Part shown: piece by piece, positions 54,501 to 64,000 of the stretch
How positions within the stretch are numbered: the stretch's first letter is position 1
Layout: each line of letters opens with the position of its first letter
Notes under the pieces: generated by a model
Database searches by the model: none
What the model saw: the letters and a program-made list of their open reading frames with translations, nothing else
Told to the model about the DNA's origin: nothing
Translations under genes and position numbers: made by a program
NCBI GenBank assembly: GCA_964304625.1
Contig: OZ199838.1
Location: 2,479,329 to 2,543,328, forward strand
DNA length: 64,000 nt
Direction of reading: 5' to 3'
DNA from: Kudoa neothunni
Lineage: Eukaryota > Animalia > Cnidaria

Positions 54501-57500
54501 GGATTCGTGATTATTTAAATTGAAAAACTTTCGTTTTAATTATGCTGGAATTCATCTAATACAATTGTACCTTCAATTAGACAGAAACAAGGAATATTTG
54601 AATAATAGGAATATTTGTTATGGAATATATTAAACGAAAGTTTTTATAAGGCAGAATTGATATGTATCACTAACGAATGCATATATTCCATTCATGTATT
54701 TTATATGCTTGTTAATAAAAAACCTATTTGATACAATTTAATATTAATATTTATATTAATTTAGTAGAAAAACTAGTGCTAGATTTACTTGATTATTATT
54801 GGAAGAGGAATTTACAATCAAATTTGTTGTACTTGAAAAATAATATGAGTTTATTTTATTCGTTATGAAATATAACGTTTTATAATGATGATAGAAATTA
54901 TCCAAATAGCTTATAATATTAAAGCCCATATATAGATAAATAATTTACCTGTAGAAATTCGGCGCGGAATTTCAAAATTATTCACGTATATATTTGCATA
55001 GTTAAATTGATCACACTTTTCCGGAATCGGCTCTTTAAATTCGCAAATTCCCTGGTTGCAGTTTAACTCTGTAATTGTACTGACAGGACACTCGGTGAAA
55101 CTGTTTGTGATATAAGATATTTTGATTTTGATTTTTTTTACATCGACGTCAAGAATAAAAGTATAAGATATGGAATTATCTTCCAAAAATATTCGTACAT
55201 CGTATTTAAATTCACCTATTTAATTCATATATTTAATGAGAAACAAAATATAATCACAAATTTCGGTTTTTGTTGTAATTAATTTGTTTTCAAAGGAAAC
55301 TTGTATTTCATTTTTTTGATACATATCAATGTCGCTGAGTACCCCAACGCAAAAAATGTCGACACATTTTATGTCGATTACAGCACTTATTTCAATAGGA
55401 TTGTTTTCACTGTTTGGAGCTGTTATTAAAACCGTCTTAGTGAATTGATCTGGAGTGCTACTTATCCGAGTTCCAGTTAAATATAACGTATGATCTAAAT
55501 AAATAGTTCTAGTGTAAAGTAGATTAGATTCGACTGCATTTGTTGTGAAAATCGCTACAAATAATAATTATTGAATAAATTTGCATATAATATAGTTACA
55601 GTCTCTAAATATTGCAGTATTGGTTGGTGTCTCATCGATAGAAACTATATTACCGTCTTGAGAAATATTGACTGAAATATTATCACAACTAGAATCATTG
55701 GAACAACTTGTTCCATTAGTTTCAAAACATTTATTTTTCGTAAAATTTGTAGTTTCATTTTCTAAATTTCTGTTTAAATAACAATATTTTTTATCATTTT
55801 TTAAAACTAACGATTTATCATCATTACTAACAGTGAGGTAATCAATTTTTTTCTTTATAGCTAAAAATAATCAATATAAAAAATTTTATAATGAATAAAT
55901 ATTGACTAACCTAATTTTTTACTAAATGGGAGTCTTGATGGACCTATTACCTCTTCTTTGTTATAGATTTCAGCATAGAAATAATTGTTATCTTGTGAAT
56001 TGGATATAACCACATTATAAGTGGAACAATTGATATTGACATTTGACTGGTTTTCACAACGACATGCCACATTTTCGTATATTTTATTTTTGAGTTGGAA
56101 CATGTAAATGCATTTCAGTGGATCAGACGGACCCATTGATACTTCTATCATTATTTCCTCAATCGTATATGATAATAATTTCATTTTGTTGAATTGAAGT
56201 TCTAAACATAATTAATTTTACTACAATAAATGACTAACTTTATGTGTATATATACAATCACTTTATTTAAAAAAATCGAGTAACTTGGTTTAAAATGTTT
56301 TGCATTTGAACATAAACGAATTATTAATTAATAATGATATGGTTTTTTATTTTTAAATGTAATGCATTATAATTGAATATTTATGATAAAAATTTTCGAT
56401 TAACCCTTTCATGCCCAAATTTTTTTTCGCTTGGAAAAAATATATTCACTTAATTATACGTTATTTATTAATTTTATAAAATTGCAAAAGTTTACAACAC
56501 GTTTATTCGTATTCTTTAAGATTAAATAAAAATGTTCACTAGGGTGAACATTGTTCGCATGAACGAACAAAAACAATTTATTTTCTCAGAAATAATGCTT
56601 TTCGATTCTTTTCAATGATTATGATATAAATAAAAATAATTTCAGTATTTCACTATACAGCATGGAACGTTACATTTTTTACACAAAAATTGTGTATTCC
56701 GTTGACATAGTCGACATCTACTTTTCGAAGAATCTATTTCAGTGTAGTGCCCAACATTGTTAAACTTTATAGATTTTGACAAAGTAGAATTTTTATTCTT
56801 TGGGGTGTAATTTGGATGCAATTTATTCGAGTTGTCAATAGAAGGACGGTTATGCTTCGTTGCTGTAACGGATTTTTTAAGATATATCAAATCTTCGGTC
56901 AACAATTCAATAAAAGAGAGAAAATCTAATATAGCTCTATCAGGGATGCAACTTTCCGTTGAATTTAAACGATAAATGAGCCAATCGTTGACTATAGCTG
57001 TATTCAATCCCCAGAAGAATATCCACATATAATATTTACGGCTTTTATGATATAATTAATACAATGCCATCAACATATCGGATAGGTCAACTCCACCCAT
57101 ATTTTTGTCGTATTCGGTTACAACATCCGGACAAAGAATTGACAATAATTTCTTCAATTTTCGATCAAATCTCTTCACTAGTCCGATAGGTTCTGGCGAC
57201 GAATGCGTCGAAGATAAAGTAACGATGAAGCCATCACACCATTGGGTGATGGCAATACCTTTGTTGACATCGTGATAACTTTCATAGGATTCACGCTCTT
57301 TTTTAATTCCTTTTGCGGAGTAAGAGTTCAATTTTTGATCCTATTTCTCCGAAAGGTCCCAACGGAATATTTGTTTCCTTTTTCAAATATAGCTCCATAG
57401 ATGTAAAGAAGTTTTCAAAGTACATTAAGAAAGTTTCACAAGTTGGAAGGGTCTCCGATAATTTGATGACAAAATCGCCTGAAACTAAATCACAGCTATT

Positions 57501-60500
57501 TTTAACGACAGGAGGTTTCCTATCGCAAAAATGGAAATCTTACACTATACCACTAACGTCACATCTGGAAAACACTTTAAATCCCCATTTTTTAGCTTCT
57601 TTGGAAGATATTGTTTAGATTTGCATTTTCCCTTAAAGGGATCATCTGTTCGTCAATAGAGTGACATCTTTCTGGGTTTAACTTCAATCAGGCAGGTCGA
57701 ATATGTTCTAGGAATGATCTAATTTTGACAAATCTATCATATCCTGGCAAGTTGGCATTGACTACAATGTTTTGGTTGTTGTAAAATGGAGATATCGTAA
57801 TAGTTGTTCAAAACGATTCCTTAAAAAACAGTCAGATACTTTTGGATAGTTCGAAGATTTGCTCTAATAAGAGCGATAACGAGATAGTTTAACAACACCC
57901 ATCAGAATTATCACTCCAAGAAACGTTTCCATTTCAGTAGAGTCCGTTACAAAATTGTCGCCACATTGGGTTACATATAGGTTTGATTCATTACATATTA
58001 ATTCAATCAGTTGTTGACTAAAGAACAGCTTGAAATAATCATACGGACGATATAATCCAACATTGATTTCAAAATCTTGTTTTTATATAACTTTATTCGG
58101 TAATTTTAACCAGATTCCTTTTTTAAACCATTTGAAAGTTGAATCCATAACACCAGCTTCAGAATTATCTGACGAATCTTCGTCAACAACCGATGTTTAT
58201 GATATATAGTCATCTTCAAAAGATATATTAGGCTCTGAAACATCAACATCTTGTATTACAACTACTTCAATGATGATCTGACCGTTTGGTTGCTTTGAAA
58301 TATTCAAATCGTGATCCACTCCCACTCAACATGATTTTTGGACATGTGCCCAATGTTCACCCTAATGAACACGTGTTTTTGTGCTTATAACTGTTTATAT
58401 TTTTATAATTAGAATGTTTACATATAATATACATTGTCTTTAAGCTTGCACATACAACATATATTTGTTCTGGTTCTATTGCCTTAAAATTGTGCTGTTT
58501 TTTAGGGTAAAAATAATACAATTTTAAAAATGCAAAATAACGAAAAGTTTCACTCTACACAAAATTACATATTGCATTATCTGTTAAAAAATATATTAAA
58601 AAATAATTATATATGTATAAACTTTAAAATATTTTAACTGAATAAAATATAATAATTTTTAAATACATATATAGTTAAAATAAGTCGTTGTTTATCCTAG
58701 TGAACATTGGATACAAAAGGGTTAAAATATATCCAATCCAATCCAACACATAAATATTGAATTTTGGAATTCATAAAATACCTGATCTGAATATTTTGCA
58801 ATATAAAGCATTGCCATCGTGAACAAAACAAATTTTCACCACTTCATCTGCCTTTATAATATATTCTACTGCTTCCCAGGATTCATCACCATTACATTTT
58901 TCATGATTACAAGTAGTAGTGATTGGCTCTTCGTCCTTGGGAATAAATGTATAATTCTGATAAGTAGAAATTTTAAGATTTTCTTTTAATAAATCGCCTT
59001 TCTTATAATAAAGTTTGACTTTTGAATTCATACCATCACTAACTTGCATGTGAAAAACATTCTCCTATATTTTATTATATTTATTTATTAATTGTATATG
59101 TTGTTAATTACATTCTCTTTTTCAGGATAATAGAATTTCATGTAATGTGGATATGTAGCAGAATCTGTGATGAACGAAATGTGGACCAAATAATTTTCAT
59201 TATATAGTATGGTTTGCTCATTGCGCTGATCCTGAGCGTCATATTTCGTTGCGTCAAATTTCCATTCAAGGTTTCCCTCATTAATCTGGCTGGAATACCA
59301 TGCATCCATTATTTCGTTGGGACCATATGAATTTTTAAACAGATTTTTTATTCTATCACTAGCATAGGTACCTTCTACAAATTGAAAATTGTTGGTATCA
59401 CCACGTCCTATGCAAAATATATCATTAATAAGAATTACGAACAGCTAAATTTTAAAAATTCATAAAAATGTATACTTATTACGTAGGTGTCAGTGTTTTC
59501 ATTTTCAACAATTTTTACCTTCAGTATTATTTCTTTAATTTCGTTTATATTCAAAATTTTGGAGGTGTCAAATGAAATATTATCACAATCTATAGGATCT
59601 GTACTTGTTGCAATTTCTTCTTGTTTGTTGTCATAATTGAGTTTAAACAGTTGGTAGGTACACATGATATTTGATGAACCATGTTCTCCAAATGAGCTGC
59701 GAAAGATCAAATTGTCATCAACCCACGTATAACTCCAAACAGACGCTATTGGAACTAGAAAAAGTTTCAGAGTATTTGATTGCATATTAAAATATATTAC
59801 TAGGGCCGTATTCCACACTATCCATATATTTACCACACGTCAAATCATATTTGTAATATTTGTTTCTTTTGATTTCAAATGATAGTCCATTATTCTTTAA
59901 AGTTGATGCACAAGTTAAATCGCTTTCATCGCAACTAGTTGAAGGAATAAACTCTTCGCTATCAGAACTTTTGGATAAAAGAGAATATCTACAATTATTT
60001 CCATTAATTGTACTCAAATTGTGTATAATTTTAATCCTTCCTGATTCGTAATGTATTCTTTCGATTAGATTTCTACCAACATAAAAAGACCCGCTGTATA
60101 ACGTTTGGCCTTCATGTGTAACAATTATATCGTTGTTTTTGTCCAGATCATGAAACTGAATAATATTAGAACAATCGCCGTAATATACTTTTGAATTGGA
60201 AGCATTATCAACATTTTTAGTATTAACGCTGAATCTACAAATTTTTCCTGTTATATATTTTCTTTCTGGTATAATCGAGACAGTATTTAATTCATATGAA
60301 AACTTGTAGGACTGTTTAGGGAAACCTATTTATCAGTATAAAATAATATTATAGTAATAAAATGCAAATTACCAATATTTATTATTTGGGAAATCACGCT
60401 ACCATTAGATTTTGTTATTTTTATAAAAAGCTGAGGTTCAAATACATGTGGTATGGAGAGGATATTCGAACCTGATGTTAAAGTTACTGTGTTATCGGAT

Positions 60501-61273
60501 CTATTTTTGTCATAAACAAAAATGTTATCACCAATTTTTTGTCCTACAATATTCTTTATTTCAATTTTTGATATTCCATTTTGTTCGATTGTTTTTGGAA
60601 TAGTTAACTGTATCATTTCATGATTAGTATCAGCAGTAATGTTTTCATCAGATTGTTCTATAAACATTATTTTATTCTAACAAAATTCAATAACGTAGTT
60701 ACCATGTATTACATTCTTTACCAAATTTATTTCCGAATCTACGATATGAATATTAACTGTCCAACTGTCACTTTTTTGAGGAATTAGAATTTCTTTTTCC
60801 TCACATTTTCCTGATTCAATAGGTCCCTGATCATCAACTTTAAAATTACACATCTTATTAACCAGAAATCCATCTTTTGATTTTAAACTAAATTTATCCG
60901 ATTCAATTTTGACATTGATTTTTGTTTCTTCATACACTATAAAATTTATTATTCATTTTTTAAATATGGATGTTCTAAAATGATAATTACAATTCCTAAT
61001 TTGGTCGAGATAGTTCAATTCAGGAATCCAAATGAATAATGTGTGTGGAGCGAAATTTGTTATTGGTATAGAATGCTTTGAACATGATTTGAGATTATTT
61101 TTGTTTGTTCCATCGTAAGAGTTGTATGTAGCCGCGTTATTATATTCTTCGATGGCCTCATTCATTCTGATTATATAATAATCACACAACAGTCCCCATT
61201 CATCTTTTATATTTGACCAAATATGTAAAATACCAGAATCAACGTAATGATTGAATTTTATGTCGTGTGGATC
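48531..61273 (-). CDS. Very large adhesion GPCR (family B2): modular ectodomain, GAIN/GPS and 7TM; 5' end unresolved
   Basis: GPS motif KWEQVHC...VTCSCNHTTSYAVVF (about 49570-49680) is followed by a family-B-type 7TM (AQIGLCISLFFLQ; VCFALAISLH; LALSWG; NASQGIFFFLI) ending at 48531. Upstream lie about 20 exons of 250-330 nt joined mostly by phase-1 mini-introns. Estimated length is over 2,300 aa if this is one transcript. Confidence 0.85.
53480..54500 (-). mobile_element. Probable heavily decayed LTR-retrotransposon (gypsy-like) pol relic inside a GPCR intron
   Basis: Broken minus-strand fragments are weakly reminiscent of RNaseH, linker (NGILHHRF) and integrase in the expected order, inside an unusually long intron. 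No intact motif. Confidence 0.3.
56404..58721 (-). mobile_element. Full-length decayed piggyBac (PGBD2/3-like) in a GPCR intron
   Basis: TTAA|CCCTTT at 56400 and AAAGGG|TTAA at 58716-58725, with subterminal aatgttcactagg repeats. Transposase fragments include SIDEQM, KWGFKVF, EYDKNMGGVDLSDMLMALY and SRCRLC...CKKCNVPCC. Confidence 0.92.
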
Positions 61274-62850
61274 TAAAATTTAGTTATAAATAATATATTT
61301 TTAAATTACAACAAATTTAATATCAAAAAGTAAAAAATTTCTTCAAAACAGAGGCAGATCTTATATATGATACTAATAAACGGTGCAAAGTAGCAATCAT
61401 GCTAATCTCTGTCAGTAGAAAGTGTCCAATTTATTTTCATTAAAATTTTTAATATTTTAAAAATTGTGGTCTTTTAATCATATATATATATATATATTTT
61501 AGGTAAAACTTTGTTTAATCTTTCAATAACCAAAATGTATAGAATCCAAATTTAGATTATCATTTAAGGTTTAAATTAAAAAAATTAACCAACGACAAAA
61601 CTAATGAAATAATTATAGTATACTTATATTTTGTTATAAAAAGTTTCAATTCAACTATATTTAAATAAATCAAACATAATAATTTCAAGATCCCATTTTA
61701 TCAACTTAATTCGTATAAAATTTCACCCTGTAAGGTGATTTAAGCACTGTCTAAATCCATTTTTAAAGCAATGCTTTAAATTTTCCTGTACTAACTTCCA
61801 AAAAAAAAACGGTTGTGCCTGACTGGGGTACTTCTTGACCCCAGACGAAATGTGCTTTAATCTTATTCATTTTATCTCAATTTTATATATTGTAAACAAT
61901 AGACCCAGCTTAACAATTCCATAGAAAGTATACAGTGGATTGATGTTTCTGGAGTTATATACATGAATTTATTTATCAGCAACATTATTGGTATAATGTT
62001 AAACTAAAAGCACTATGGTATATTATACACTCCTCAAACAATCAATAATGTTTATTTTCATCATCGAATAGGATGAAAACCTAGGATGAATGAACATTTA
62101 CGCAGTAAACTCCAGATATATCCATTATGTGTAGACATTTCCCCGGTAATAGTCAGTGATATAATCAAATTTAGGATTAGTGTAATTATCAAGTGGATCG
62201 AAATTCTATAAAACAAAATAGCGTATAATATTTCATTATGGTATTTATTTTCGGATGGATAATATGAATGGTCGCAGACGGGGTCCAAACTTGGGAGCCA
62301 TAGCTTAAAAGGCGGTGGCGCCATACCGCTGTGTTGTTGATCGAGCATTAGTCGACTTTGGTTACAACTCTTATACCAGCAATCAAATAGTTTCTAAATC
62401 TTTAAATTGTTGTACGGACTCATATTAAACCAAAAGTAAATAAAGAAATTTTGTTACTCCAAAATGCGAAAGCGAAAACAAGTAGAATAATTCATTGGAT
62501 TAATTATCGTTAATCAATGTGGATTATATTAAAAAATAAATATTGCTTTTCATGGTTCGCGTTTTTGTTTGGATCAAAAATTTTCATTTTGATGAGAAAA
62601 TCATATTTACAATAAATATATGAAGTTTAGAAGATAATACAACAAATAATAAATGAAATTTGTAAAACTATGTCTTATTTTATGCATAAATCTTTAGCTG
62701 ATAAATTATAAATTTTACTTTCGTATAGAAAAGCACTTAATATAGGAAATTGAGAATTTTCAAATAATTAACAAAAAATACATCAATGTAGGAACAGAGT
62801 TGTAAATTTTGTGTCTTGAAATACCTCAGTCATTACCGGCAAGGTTAAAG

Positions 62851-63666
62851 CAGGGGTTTTTATATTTTTTATTATGAGGGTCACATTTGGGTGTCGTTAT
62901 TACTTCGCAGGCCACATGAAAGCTGAATCTCGTCGCAGTTACATTTTCATGTAAAATTGTATGAAGATTAAACACCAAAACAAGTCTCATTTTAGCTTTT
63001 TATATTTCTCATTACGAATAATTCTTGACGATTTTGAATATTCGGATTAATATTTTGTTTTATAATGTTTACACCATTTATTTCATTTAGAACTGCGATG
63101 GCACTGTTGCATATAACACATTGTTCTGTTGTCACATTAAATAACAAAATAATCTAGGCACCAGCCTTTAATTAAAGTTAATTCATTAAATATTGATTTT
63201 TGGTTTATTCCGTCGTTCGACATGTTTTCTCTGATGTCTCAAAACGTAAAACGCTAACAAACAAATTCGGCTACTTGAAAAAAAGAACAGCGAAATTTAT
63301 CAAAAAAATGTTACGTATGTAGCGATGTAATGATTAATTGGTTTAATAAAATCCAAATATTAATAACTTTTAGGAAAAAATTAAAATTCTTATACTGCTA
63401 GATCTTTAAATATTATCATATATTTATCACATTAAAATTGTAGTATTTTCTTTGAAATTACGAGAATGCGAGTTGTTCGCGATTTATTGTTAATTATAAA
63501 TATTATTTTTATTAGGGACGAATTAAAGTTATTCACGTAAAACGCCATTTTTGGCAGAATTTCTAACATGAAATCTTAAAATAATCAATTAAAATAGTTT
63601 TATATTTTGTTAACAGAAAAGCAGGAGGACCAGATCCGACCCGAGGGCATAGTTTGGAGACCCCTG
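62851..63666. mobile_element. hAT (Charlie-type) MITE
   Basis: Ends CAGGGGTT... and ...gagggcatagtttggagaCCCCTG, with Charlie-like subterminal ggccacat and ggatctggtcc. The 8-bp TSD is not preserved. Confidence 0.55.
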
Positions 63667-64000
63667 CGTTGACCTTCTATAGTCGTTAAAATAGCCATCC
63701 TCGGAGGTCTCTTGGGGTCATTTGATCCCAGATTATTACTTGAGAAATTAGTCCCATGGATTTTTTCCAATTCAATTTTCTTGAATTATCCGTTTCTATC
63801 AACATAGTTTTCGGTAAAACAATATGAATATAACAATTAATCTTGTTAAATCTAGTACTCATTTATAAATGTGGTATTAGCAAATGATCCCAAGTTATAA
63901 ATCAATAAAAGTAACTAATTTACCGTTTAAATAATAATGTTGGTTCTTTCTCCTCGGCAAATCTTTTTATTTTAATTTTTTGTTAATACTTCAATACATA

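Noticed and set aside
60075-60095. Apparent frameshift in a GPCR exon
   Set aside because: Recounting the A-run shows the frame is continuous (GSFYVGRNLIERIH).
62061-62348. 95-aa minus-strand ORF as the first exon of the GPCR or a separate gene
   Set aside because: No signal peptide or recognisable motif, and it lies among TE-like remnants. It cannot be supported without transcripts.

Overview
AT-rich (visually about 25-30% GC) eukaryotic genomic DNA from a fast-evolving animal with very short (mostly about 36-60 nt) spliceosomal introns. A myxozoan-type or similarly reduced parasite is my inference and is not proven by the sequence. The ORF track is fragmented by introns, so genes were spliced by hand. 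Host genes: ERK1/2 MAP kinase (minus strand, running off the left edge), an annexin with a 20x9-aa GGAYPPHS(T/P) N-terminal repeat, complex I subunit NDUFS8, a small 3-exon hypothetical gene, a compact and divergent NIPBL/Scc2, two tandem integrin-beta paralogues that lack the canonical metal-binding and NPxY motifs, a candidate ephrin-like gene, and a very large adhesion GPCR whose ectodomain is built from one-exon, ~95-aa C-x4-C modules. The rest is rich in decayed transposons: several piggyBacs, hAT, MULE, pogo/Tigger MITEs, a non-autonomous Helitron, a tRNA-derived SINE with target-site duplication, and a probable gypsy relic. The most novel-looking part is the 33.8-61.3 kb cluster of highly divergent cell-surface receptors.
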